A DNA stretch of 59,453 bases, counting the filler, from Basidiobolus ranarum (lineage: Eukaryota): NCBI GenBank assembly GCA_040143965.1. It is 6 parts of 6 records of this genome, joined end to end, with 100 filler letters (N's around TTAATTAATTAA, not from the genome) between each part and the next. Parts side by side here need not be neighbours in the genome. Positions count along the whole stretch, not along the records: positions 29,796 to 39,617 come from JASJQH010000777.1; positions 39,718 to 49,535 come from JASJQH010000778.1; positions 49,636 to 59,453 come from JASJQH010000779.1; 3 more parts are not named here. The stretch is one strand, 5' to 3'. The notes below the pieces were generated by a model, which saw only the letters and a list, made by a program, of their open reading frames with translations, was not told the origin of the DNA and made no database searches. This document shows, in pieces, positions 39,151 through 51,051 of the stretch. Within the stretch, counting starts at the first letter, position 1. Every line of letters starts with the position of its first letter. The position numbers were made by a program, and so were the translations under genes.

Positions 39151-39617
39151 TCAAACACCAATACGGAAGTATTGTTCCCATTATACTTCAAAGGGCATTT
39201 ACGAGGCAGAATGCCAGCGTGGTAGATTCCAGTAGATTTCTGAAGAACAACTGCAGTTGAAATCAAAAACCAAAGGCACCACCCAACGAACTCAAGTGCC
39301 ATGTTTTTCTACGCCAATTATCACCTCATCGGTTGTTTTCATCAATGAATATTGTGTCGCACTTAAAATGGTACATTTGGCATTTAGCTTGCCATCATCA
39401 AATGCAGTCATTGGCAAATTCAGCACTAAACGGGTTAGCGACCGATTTTGAGGAGCGAGCCAATAGCCAAGAAACCCCAATCTGTTACACAGGGTTAATT
39501 ACCAGCGCTTCCGCGATTTTCTTGCCACCGTACCAACCAAACCTTCCAACACGGGCACCGCCCCATCAATCAGTGGAAAATAAACACGAGACTCGGTTGC
39601 TATTATCTTGAAAGGAT

Positions 39618-39717
39618 NNNNNNNNNNNNNNNNNNNNNNNNNNNNNNNNNNNNNNNNNNNNTTAATTAATTAANNNNNNNNNNNNNNNNNNNNNNNNNNN
39701 NNNNNNNNNNNNNNNNN
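39618..39717. other. Artificial contig linker
   Basis: N run + TTAATTAATTAA + N run. Confidence 0.99.
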
Positions 39718-39771
39718 TGAAGTATCTATTCCTCAGATCAAACAACCAACTCCAAGCCTATCTACCTGACA

Positions 39772-40473
39772 ATGAAGCAATTCTCCATTAGCGCTCTTAC
39801 CACCATCACTCTCTGGATCCTTGGTGCCTTAGCTGTACATGGAGCTCCTGCCCAAGACCCTGCTCCTGCCTCTTCATCCTCTGGCTACCAGACGAGAAAT
39901 ACTGACAATGACGCTGCAACCATTTACTGTTCGATCTTCAAGTAAATGATCCCAACTTTCACTAATCGAACACTGAGTATCCCAAGCCTGATACTAACTA
40001 TTTTACTCTTCATTAGGCTCAATTGTGACACCGAGTGTAAATCACGGAGAGGTACTAGTGGAAATGAATGCAATAGTACAGGATCCAATAACTTCCGCAT
40101 TCGATGTGCCTGTAGAAATGGCAGTGATGCCACTTCTAACGCTGCTGATAAGACTCCCACCAGATCGACCAACAATCCTGGGTATCATACTACCGACTTG
40201 GGACAAAATGCAAATGGGGATGATTACTGCAATAGACAGAAAGGAGTAAGTATTTGAAACACAAATAGAACCATCAAAATTGGCCAATACTAACGAGTTT
40301 CTTTTCTTTTAAACTTACAGCACTGTCAAGATGTATGTAGAAACGCGTCTCCAAGGAATTGGCGTTATGAGTCAAAATGTAACTGGAAGAGAAATGGAAA
40401 TAGGACCACTGCATCGGGATTATGTGTATGTAACAAATGTGACATTGCTTATACTGCTGGCACTACTCTCTAG
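39772..40473 (+). CDS. Secreted 183-aa protein with two tandem CSalpha-beta defensin-like domains; exons 39772-39941, 40017-40245, 40321-40473
   Basis: Signal peptide MKQFSISALTTITLWILGALAVHG-AP; two in-phase GT-AG introns; domains YCSIFKLNCDTECKSRRGTSGNECNSTGSNNFRIRCAC and YCNRQKGHCQDVCRNASPRNWRYESKCNWKRNGNRTTASGLCVC. Confidence 0.82.
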
Positions 40474-41217
40474 GAAATAACTGAAAGTATTCCATGACTT
40501 GCTCGGAATATTTGCAAAAGTAAATGAAATTATTGATTGTATATTCTTGTGTAGTGAAAATAAAGTTTGTTAAAAATCAATTAGTAAAATGTACCTCATT
40601 TGATTCGTGAACAATTTTTAGGTTATCGCAATATCTAGCTCATTCTAGTAAATGATCTTCACTACGGTTAAAGTGACAACTGGACTGTCCATTTCCATAA
40701 TCGGAAACTCGGAAGGAAATTACCCGGTGAGTTGCCAAAGTTGACTAACTCTAAGCCAAATAGAAACATCTAGCCTAGAGTTGAATAACTTCCTTGAATG
40801 CAGGAACACCAACACGCACATTACTTTCCTACATTGCATGCATCATCCGCAAGGGAAAATATATTCCTGAGATATAATGATCGGATTGGAGCAAGATCTC
40901 CACACAAAAGCACTCTTTTTGTGCAGAAATTCGGATCAGATCTGATCATTTCACCGTGACAATGGCAGCCCCTTAAGAGTCTCCCTGTTAGGTCATATTC
41001 TTTGTCCTTCCTCAATTCTTTTGTATCTTCATTATTTCTCTAGCATATATTGATTTTTGTTTGTAAATTTCAGATTATTGTTGTTTTAGAGTCTTTCTGA
41101 ATAAGAGAATTATTTCTTAACCTGCTTCTTGAGCTTCCCATCTGTACAATTCTTCGCTTGTTTTTATTTCTATCCACGGGTATATATTCCTGATTCACTC
41201 ATCCTGTTAATACGCAA

Positions 41218-41963
41218 ATGTCTCTGAGACGCACTTCAACTAATCCTAGCTCTGAGGAGCAAAACGAGAAACTTTTAATCACAACACCTACCCTTAACAC
41301 TACGGCTTTGCTCGGTATTTCAGATATTAGTGTTGAAAATACTAGATTCTCCGATTTGGCTATATTTGAAGAACGTTTAAAAACCCATAAAAAACTTCTT
41401 AAAAGGGAACGACGTAGAGTCGAATGTAAGTAATATTCTTCAACTCTCCCTCCCTTCGAAAATAAGGAATTTCTTCTCAACCAACTCGTATCATTTCAGC
41501 TCTTTTCTTGGTATTGATCTTGGCAGTCGCTTATTTTGCTACTGTCATTATATTTTATCCTTCTAAGGTAAATTATCTTATAGATTTCTATACAACAGTA
41601 ATTTCTTTAACTAGGTCCTTGTTCTTTTTTCTTAATAGAGTACCACTCTACACTTGGTCAATAAGGTCTCATTGGTAATCACAGGAGTGTTGTCGTTATA
41701 CGTGTATCATAATGATCGTAGGAGTAACGAAAATCGGTACACCCATGCTTTCTAAGATCCTCCTCTTCCTAAATAGAAGTTTCTCATTTCATTATATTGA
41801 CAGGTTCATACCACAGTGTAATCGAGTCTTAGAAACCTATGGTTTACATTTACAAGACAAAAGTGAAGATTTAGGGTTTAGCCAATATACACCATACTCT
41901 CTACAACTCGGTTATGAAGACTACAAACAAACATTGAGAATGAGAAGAGCAAACAAAATTTAA
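41218..41963 (+). CDS. SPO7: Spo7-like regulatory subunit of the Nem1-Spo7 phosphatase; exons 41218-41425, 41500-41567, 41639-41736, 41804-41963
   Basis: RFSDLAIFEERLKTHKKLLKRERRR, two hydrophobic segments, then RFIPQCNRVLETYGL, matching the Spo7/NEP1R1 layout; four in-phase exons. Confidence 0.75.
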
Positions 41964-42904
41964 GTTGGGATATAGTAGGGATATTCAGTCTTTCTCCTCC
42001 TCACTCTACCCTACTTCTATTACCTGCTTTAACTTCTTAACCAACTTAACCCCCCAATCTCTTTATCATGATTCATATTGAGATTGATATCAGTATATCT
42101 ATGAACTACCTACTTCCATTTATAACACTGAATAAGCAGGTATTTATGATTACTATTTGATGAGTGAACCTTTATCGGATACTTCAATTTCCTCTTATAC
42201 CTCCAATACCGATGAAATCCAGTCTAGTTCCTCCCATTCCAATATGAGGAGGAATGAATCATTGGAAATACATCACTTGGATTCGATTCATCTTCCAAGA
42301 ATTTCTTTATTGATTAAAATGAGAAATGTTTTTTTTATAGAAAGAATAAGTATTATGAGGGGAGGGGATTTCCCATTGAATTTTCAATCACTCCACAGAA
42401 ATTCCTTGGAAATGGATGTTCATTTGGTTACGGTACGGGATGAAAAGAAAAAAATGAGGGAAATTCACTGATATTCTTTGGGAAACTGAAAAGAATGTCG
42501 CGGGTGAGATAGGAATTTTCTGGTGGGTCGGAATTACTTCACTAAAAACAATCATTCAAGAGTAAATGTGTGTAGAGAAAGAGTCTGGAATCAACAGCCG
42601 TAGTAAAGTCATTCCAAAAGAAATGTGGAAGATTATAGAAACAGAAAAAATCAATAAGATAAAATAAGTGTCGTGAGAAGTGTGAAAAGGAAGAGAAGGG
42701 AAAGGAAAGATGAATAAAGGACAAGAACCCTTGGGATTCAGTGCAAATGAAATGATATTGTGAGGTTAAAGAGATGAATGAAATTCCTAGAAACCTAAAT
42801 GGATTGGCGGATAATTGGTGAAAGATGCGGGAAGATTGGCCAAATCGATCATTCCTTCGAGCAAGAATTGAAAGGATTCTTTACTTAATTTGATGTGCTA
42901 AGGC

Positions 42905-44960
42905 TTATTCCTTGGCGCCATCCTCTCTGACTTTCATTTTTTCCATACCTTCAACAATTTCATCAGCTGGTCTTTGGTCTTCAGGATGAAGTGCGACTGC
43001 TCCTGGCATTCCGCCTCCATTATCTTCGCCATACATGGCAGCTTGAACGGGATAATAGCCCATTCGAGGTTGGAATCCTGGTAGATAATGAGGTGGTGTC
43101 GGATGCTGACCGTACTGTGGCATCATACCCTGAGGATATCTCTCGGGACCAACTTCATGAAAATAGCCAGCCATCATTTGGCCAGGTTGGGGAGGAAGCT
43201 GAGAAACATCCAGGCCTCCACTAGGAGAACCCATAGCCAAGAGGTGTTCAGGTGTCAAAGGAGATGGTGGGCCACTCTGATTCAAGGTAATAGAATAATG
43301 TCGATCAGAAATACGGGAAATCTATACAGAGTGAACGGTAAAATGAATGTAAGATATTTACCATTCCAGAGAATTCACCACGAGCCCATACTCTTTTCTT
43401 GGTGGTTTGTCCCTTGAGTTTCTTTTGCGCCATGGAGTCAGCAAAGCGAACTTGTAAAGGCAAATGAGCGCCAGGAAGCACAACGCCATTATACTTTTGA
43501 ATGATGGAAACTGCTGCATCACGATCCGACATTCTAAAGAGCGACCGATGAAAAGATTGCGGTGAGAAAGAGTCACTTGATGGTCTAAAATAGTATGGCC
43601 TACCTAGCAAATCCGACCCCTCGGCTCACTCCACTTTGATCGCGCAAAATGCGATTGGAGATAATACTGTATGGGTGGAAAAGTTCTTCTAGTTGCTATA
43701 CGCAGAATGGTTCATTAATTACCGCATCGAAAGAGTATGCCGAGTGGAACAAGACTTACAGATTCCGACATATCCAGTGGCAAGTTGGACATGTAAATGT
43801 TGGTCGAATGGACATCTTGTAGGTTCTTGAGACGAGTGCTGAAGGATTCCTAATGGAAAAAGAATATTAGGCCCTGATTTCTACACATTCGTTGTCTTGA
43901 CAACATAAAGAAAAGACAATCGATAATAAAATATAAGAAATGAAATTTACTTGGGGCGATTTGTGGGTCATTACCTTCGCAAATGAGACCTGATAACCTT
44001 TGCTATTCAGGTCATCGATTGCGGCCTTCGATTGGTCGGAATCCTCGTACATGACAAAACCGTACCCTTTACAAGTTCCCGTCTTTTGATCTATGATGGC
44101 TTTGGACGACACAATGTTACCATAGCTAGATGAATGAAAGAATCAGTTAGCGAGTGCTTGTTAGAGCTAAGCAGGAGATAAGCATACCTCATGCACATGT
44201 CATACAAAGTGTCGTCAGTTGTATCTTGAGTCAGTCCTTTGATATAAATGTTCGTCGTTTTGGTTGAAGAATAAACTGATTCATATTGGGACCCAAATCT
44301 CTTTCCCTGTGAACCATGTCTAGATGAGCGGCCAGTGCTAGTCAAAGTAGGAGATAATGGTTGCATAAGAGGAGAGCTGGACGTAGACGAAACCGCAGAA
44401 AGAGTAGGTGAAAGGTGGTTTGGATGGTGTGGAGGATAGGGAGCTCCAGTAGGATAGTAGTAGTAAGCACCAGGATGTGCGGGAACTGGGATTCCACCTG
44501 GTCTAGGTACATACATAGCAGGTGAAGTAGGTGCGTAATACATTGGCATCTGCTGAGGAGAGTATGGTGGTGATTGCTGAGGGATACCATTGTGTACCGG
44601 ATAGCCAGCTGGCACCATGGGGTACTCGGCGTAGTATTGCTGCATTGGGTATTGCAAATGCATCTGATATTGAAGGTAAGGACTTGAAGGATATGACCCA
44701 GATTGATCTTCAGAGTCATATTCCCCAGCATGATGATTCATCTCCGCCAAGGCTTTCTCTCCTTCATAACTAGTCAAAGAGGACACTTCAGTACCATTGC
44801 CTTTGCTAGACTGGCCACGGTTTGAATCTTGGCTGGAGTTAGCCACACTACTCTCCTGGTTTTCGGGGGGCCAAACCTTCACCTCCAAGGATTCGTTAGT
44901 GATGTTATTTTGCTCGGTGGCGTTACCACCGGAGCTGTTTTCCGCAACGACAGAATTCAT
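42905..44960 (-). CDS. Tandem-RRM RNA-binding protein, RBMS/MSSP (Shep/SUP-26) family
   Basis: TNIYIKGL..YGNIVSSKAIIDQKTGTCKGYGFV; QDVHSTNIYMSNLP..SNRILRDQSGVSRGVGFARM..LQVRFAD; Pro/Tyr/Gln-rich flanks; 5 introns. Confidence 0.9.
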
Positions 44961-47422
44961 GACTATTATATTGTTTATATGGATGACAAGTTTAGGGCTG
45001 ATACTACTTGTTTAAAAAATATTGTTCTGAGAGTTGTTCGTAGGACTGAGAGCGAGTACTTGTGCTTCAGCGGTGGTCATGAACAATCGGCACGAGATGT
45101 CTGTGAAAGCAAGCTTTTGATAAATAATAAAACGACAATTTAGTTACTTTGGTTTAGCATGGGCAAGATGTACCAAAAAATAAACCGAGAAAGTCACTCA
45201 AAAAGAAATGATGTGGTATTAATTGAATGTCAGGGGACCAGATGTGCAAAAACTGAATATTCACTAATTTTAGCGAAAGAGGTATATAGGAAACACAAAA
45301 CAAAGAGATGATATTAGGATATAAGATGTTCAAGTCTAGTGCTAGGATTCTCAAGTCATTAGCTTGATTATAAAATAACCCAGTATATCAAACAAATATG
45401 AACAACAAAGTGATATGACAAGCGAGGAAATATATCGAGAATTTGCTGACCTTGACGTCTTCGTCCTATGTGGGATAGTTGTAAGAGCTTACTTGACGAA
45501 GCCAAATGACAGAGTAAAGCCGCACCAAAGGAGTCTCAACAAAAAACGTAGTACTACTAAACTCTGGATTTTCAAATAAGGGAACAAGGCCACTTTCATG
45601 GGGATAATAAGGGGAGGGGTAGAATGAATAGACCAGCACATCTCAGCCTAGGTATCCAGTCAAATAGGCCTTCAAAATGGCCCTTGATCCGAACTTATGC
45701 TTGCACTTTCATATGTCATCTTCACATTACCATGGTATGAATGTGCAGCTAAATCTGTCACTGTGAATTTGCTTTGATTTGATTTGAATAAGTTGACGAC
45801 TAATCTACCTTTACTGAATGGTATCTGCTATTTTACCAGTGATATATACCCTAACCCTAGGCTAGATCCCATATGATTTACGTAATAAAAAGAGGATCAG
45901 ATTTGTAGATAGCGATAGACCCTACGGTTAGATGGTTACAGATCGGATTTAATTACCTTCCATGTACTAACGATTGTAAGCCTGGATTGCAAACCATGGA
46001 TTTAAATGTGTGTAGGTGTAGGTATATATACATCATGCCTAAGAAGGTAGACAGTCATAAGAATCCATAGGATGGTGGTAAAAAGATGATGTTTTGTGGA
46101 TAGAGTGAGGGATTAGGGTTAGGGTTAAGGTTAAGGTCAGATTTCTTGTTCGATCAAAGATCTGTTTGGGAGCGTAGAGAAAGGGGGCCTGAGACATCAA
46201 AGATCTGGACATCATCTTACGAGCAATTATATTACATGACTTGTAAGATGGTTGTACTATTCTAGGGTATATCTAGGGTGAATTTTAGGGTTATACTTCT
46301 CTTACCCCAGTGTACGGTGAGATCAATCTTGACGACGTGCTATGTGTTACATACGGTGTTAAAGCAAGGCAGTCTTAAGCACACCAACCCCTTGATTTCT
46401 ACACAGGTCTCAATTTATGCTTTACTAGATTATACTGTGGCTATTTGTCAGTTCAAAACCATTTCAAGGGAGAGCAACCTCAATAGATACTACTAGAAGG
46501 CTATGTTACTTACAAGAGGCATAATAGTCGTACCATTAATCTTAAGATACCAACAAACTGCATTGAAGGAACAACAAAGCAGAAATGTTTAGAAATACAC
46601 CTAGTCATGAACGCAAGTTGGTGTCTTTTGACAGATGGAATCAAACCAACTTTGAGTCATAACCATCGAGTACAAGTACCAGATTTGGAATGCTGATTCA
46701 TATTCTAAAAGTGCACTCCCCGAAACGCAGATGCCTTTGTCTGCTCATTCAACACATACATGATAAATATAAATATATAATCAAATTACAGTATCTGGGG
46801 TTGTACTAATACCCGGGATTAGTCTGCTTTGCGGGCGATAAGTGTTGAGCTAAGTGGATAAATATCGGATGCGATTTTCAGCGCCAAGTCATGCTTGCCA
46901 AATATTTGTACTTCAAGCTGCACGCCAGGCAATATTTAAATCCTACACTTCATGTGGTTTCACAATAATAACTGTGTTTGCGTCATGTTTCTTTGGGGTT
47001 GAGTTTTCAGTTGGTTATGGAGATAATCGAAGCTTGTCCCAACCTAGAGTGGGCATTTTGTTTCACACCTGATTTCATGTAAAAACCTGTCAGACGAGGA
47101 GGTGATATATATATTTCAATGAACCAATATTTCATTTTTTGGTCCATAGTATTAGTAAAGTGAGTCAGTCTCATATCAGTCCTAAAGCGTTCGTTATTGG
47201 CCCAGTTTTTCTACTGGTGAAGCTAGGTAACTCGAGCTTAATTGGTCAGAAAACTTTGTAAGATTTAAGATTTGAAATTATAAGCATTGTTACTTCAACT
47301 GCGTGTAAAAAGGTTCTTTGGTGTAATGGCAACCCTCAAGGCTTCTATTATAAATATCATTGAACTTACATGACTTTACCTTGCACTTATATCTTCCTAT
47401 ATTTCTACATATCTTCAGTACT

Positions 47423-47771
47423 ATGCTACGATTCAACCCACTTTTGTTACTCTGCTTTATCACTATGTTGGTCAGTCTAACCAACAACTCGAGTGCTGCT
47501 CCAGTTCCAATTTTCGAAGACGACTTCACTCAAGAAGAATACGACACGCTTGTAAGTCGTGATTTTGACTGGGCATTTGAGGATATTCTATTCTAAGCAC
47601 TTGAAATCTTTTGGAGAACTAATATTTATCGGTCTGTCCGACTTAAAGACGCTGTTGGATCCGAATCACTTTAAACAGTTACTATTTTGGCTACATCCAG
47701 TCGTAGTATTTCCTTTTCTAAAATTCTGGGCCACGGAGAGTATCAGGGCCATATCAGGGTCATATCAGTAA
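47423..47771 (+). CDS. Small secreted protein of unknown function (57 aa unspliced to 47596, or longer if spliced from GTAAGT at 47552)
   Basis: TATAAATA at about 47350; signal peptide MLRFNPLLLLCFITMLVSLTNNSSA-APVP; acidic segment FEDDFTQEEYD. Confidence 0.55.
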
Positions 47772-49535
47772 ATCCGTACCCATTTCTCGTTATGATTCGG
47801 AGCTCGAAAATCCGTTGGATTATATCCATCCATGCCTTATACTCTCGGCTTAGCCTTCTTTAACATCGTATATATTTTGTGAATGACACCTACCCTTTGC
47901 ACATAAAAACTATCCTTTAGGCAAGGAGTTCCCTCTATCTAACAACATACAGCTTGATCCAGTGATTTTCATTTGGTATCATTTACATTTTCTTATTCTG
48001 TGAATACCCGTTTCTTCCCTTTTAACCATTAAAAATCATCAATATGCGCTACGTTGTATATCAATTTCTAATTAGTAGGATATATTGCTGGTACACTGAA
48101 AGTAGTGACTGATTTTCATTGTCAAGCATAGTACCATTATTAGTTCAGTTATCAATCAGCGATTATGAGGGGTTTACCACTATGTTGAAGTAAGGTTTGT
48201 TACAGACGATATAGTGATATAGGGCAGTGAGATATCCAGATTAGATATAGCAAATATATTTGAAATCCATTTTCTAGTGCTGTATATCTATTATTTGTAG
48301 TGAGCACGGAGTTATTCAATATAACATTCTCTTGTGCTCAGCTGTAAACGTTTGGTTGATGCCTATATCGAGGATAGTGACATTGCATTCACAAATGCTC
48401 AGTTTTTTGGTATTCTCTAAGATGTCAGTGTTTTCCAATCGACAAGTCAATCAATTTGCTTGACGAATATAAATGGAATATGTAGCTAAACTTTAAGTAG
48501 TTTTTGTATTCATCCTTTGCTTTCACTCGAAATTCTTATTCCATGCTTTAGCTTCTTTTTACGCAATATAGCTTGTAATTTAAGAAAGATTGAATACTTG
48601 CAAAAGCAATTAATTAACACTTTCTTATTTGTTGAAGAAAATAGAACGATGCGCGTAACGTTCTGGGAGATAGTGGAGTCCAATCTTGCTCCCTCAGAAT
48701 ACTATTTGTTACTTGGGTCAGGAAAGATGTTTTGCATAATATATTTAAGCATTTTAAATACCTACACGCTTGAGTAAATCAGTGTTACTGATTGAGTGAC
48801 CAAGTTTATAGACCTAAATCCTATCTACACTCGGGATTAAAGCATATTGTTATAGTAAGAACCAACAGATACACTTGTTGTAGATAAGAAATGCCTGTTC
48901 AGCCTGTTTTCTATGGAAATAAGTAGCTCACTTCTTGTCATTACTTGAATTCTTCTAGTACCATTCCTCCAATGGGACAACATGTATTAGAAGTAAATCA
49001 TGCAAAGAGTTAGCTAGATTAAGTTCTTCAACACAAGCAGAGTTTTGTACTTCAAGCCTCAGTCTAGAATAAGCATTTGGCACATCGAATTCATGTAAAA
49101 TACCCGCGGACAAGGTGATGATTGTTTCAACAACCCAATTAGATTAATTTCTGAGTTCTTCTTGTTAGTATGTTCAGATATATATGTCAGTTCTAAATCA
49201 TTCTTTATAGTGTTTTTTCTGGTTAAGTTACGCAACCTGAGATTAATAAGCCTGAAGAAATTTCCAATTGTAAGCATCAAAATGTTCTCTGAATTACAAT
49301 TCCAAATTCTAGCCAGTATTACTGCAACCACAAGCAAATGGTACTTGTGTGCAATGGAAGCAAGTTTCAATGTTACTAAACCCTCAATGTTGCTATTATA
49401 AATATGATGGAATATGTATGGCTCGCACTTATTTCTTTATAGTATGGATAACTATAAATTTTCTTGTTTTGTTACAACTAACGACAATACCTTAGCTCAT
49501 CCTTGCCTTCTCAGGCCCAGACATGGAGATATATG

Positions 49536-49635
49536 NNNNNNNNNNNNNNNNNNNNNNNNNNNNNNNNNNNNNNNNNNNNTTAATTAATTAANNNNNNNNN
49601 NNNNNNNNNNNNNNNNNNNNNNNNNNNNNNNNNNN
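49536..49635. other. Artificial contig linker
   Basis: N run + TTAATTAATTAA + N run. Confidence 0.99.
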
Positions 49636-49931
49636 GTTAGTTAGATCATTAGTGAAAGAATATATTCATCCTGAAATGATGTATAAGTTAGGTAATTATA
49701 CTTCGGCTTAATGCTTGAAGAGATCCCATCTTGGCGATAATCGAACACATCAAAATTCATATATGGTGACTCGCAAATCAAATCAGAAGCACTGATGTGT
49801 AATCAACATCACTTTTAGATGACATCTTAAGCTAGATTTGAATCAGATCAAGGCTCCAACCTTGACAGTTTAAAGATGCACTGAATGACTACTAAGGGAG
49901 AATATCTAAACAGATGTTGTGTGAAAGTGCG

Positions 49932-50579
49932 CTATGAGATTGATACCGTGAGGGAAAGATAGCCCAAGCAGTCCATTGGATGCACAATTACACTGCGGAG
50001 CCCAATCCAGTTGATTTCAAGAAGTCTGTCATTTAGCTGCTCTTGTTCTTGAAGCCCTTTCTCGGCATTTTTCAATAACCTGGGCAAAGATGATTTGTGT
50101 GGCATAGTGGTTGTGGGAGATCTCGTTTGCTTACCACAGTCACACAGTGTAGCATATGAATACTTGGCGACAAGCGTAGCTGGCAATTGAATGCATATAT
50201 CAACCAAATGGTCAGCAACGCCCTCAGTCTTGAAAAATCAGTATCTGGTGTTGAACTCGTTCTCGAAACGCCCAAGCCCGTGTCAAGTCAAACCAAAATT
50301 GGTTGTTTCCATTGTTCTGTCTAATTTGATAAATCACACATATTGGAATGCTCAATTGCTTGAGACCGTGCATCATTTGATATCCAATTTGCTTTGTTGG
50401 GTTAGATCCTTGACTCCATCAGCATTCTTATCTAAGTTGTGACTTTCTTCCCCTTCGTGGCAAGCCCTTCTATCTTTAATGCTCGCAGATGTGGCTGGGA
50501 GTTGTTGTCCAATGCATGCTGATGTTTCATCAAGCGAGCTATTGCTGCTCTTCTGGTGCTAATCTGTTTGAATCGTCAT
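49932..50579 (-). pseudogene. Decayed reading frame, probably LINE ORF1/gag-like
   Basis: One frame of about 215 codons interrupted by one TAG and five TGA; ends near INWIG plus a degraded Cys cluster, as in fungal LINE ORF1. Confidence 0.4.
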
Positions 50580-51051
50580 TTTCGTGCCATTCTTTATGCT
50601 TTAGCCAATTTTGGATAAAAACAATCAAGGCACACGATCAAGCCTTACTGTGAATGCAAATCACGCTTTCCCATATTAATATATATACGTTTGTAATATG
50701 CATTCATGGACATTCATTGGTTTAATCACTCTGGCTCGCTGAATAAGGAGAGAAGAGGGGGAGCATACAGATTCAGCGCAGCATCATGACAAGATTATAT
50801 GAGTGATAGATTCAGCATCGAAATACCGCAATTGAAGTAGAATCTCCTATCCATGAACCTCTTTATATTCTGGATTGGGCCTCGTGACTAGTCGATATTG
50901 GCCACATGAAGGGGCTGATTAAATAGTAAACCATTAGTATTTCATCTTAATACATACCTCTTAAACGTGACGGTTGAGCAAATATATTAAATACACCATC
51001 CAGTTGGTGTGAACATTTGACGACCATTGACTATTCATTTTATTTTAAACA

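Noticed and set aside
13596-40473. Apparent cluster of secreted enzymes and effectors (protease, GH20, esterase, Cys-rich proteins)
   Set aside because: They lie on four different contigs; only the protease and GH20 are physically linked.
45849-46136. TTAGGG/CCCTAA telomere-like repeats (also 18188-18199)
   Set aside because: Only 2-4 units, internal to contigs; not a telomere, at most a factor-binding site or chance.
49059-49370. LASIAHKY fragment resembling the hAT dimerisation domain
   Set aside because: Match too short and the expected ER.FS motif is missing.
9839-49635. Regularly spaced TTAATTAATTAA motif in N runs
   Set aside because: Artificial six-frame stop linker joining size-sorted contigs (9838, 9829, 9828, 9822, 9818, 9818 bp); not biological.
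49932-50579. Five in-frame TGA codons suggesting selenocysteine or a variant genetic code
   Set aside because: A TAG is also in frame, no redox motif or SECIS is evident, an intact gene here uses TGA as stop (56112-56114), and CGA>TGA decay in a methylated retroelement explains it more simply.
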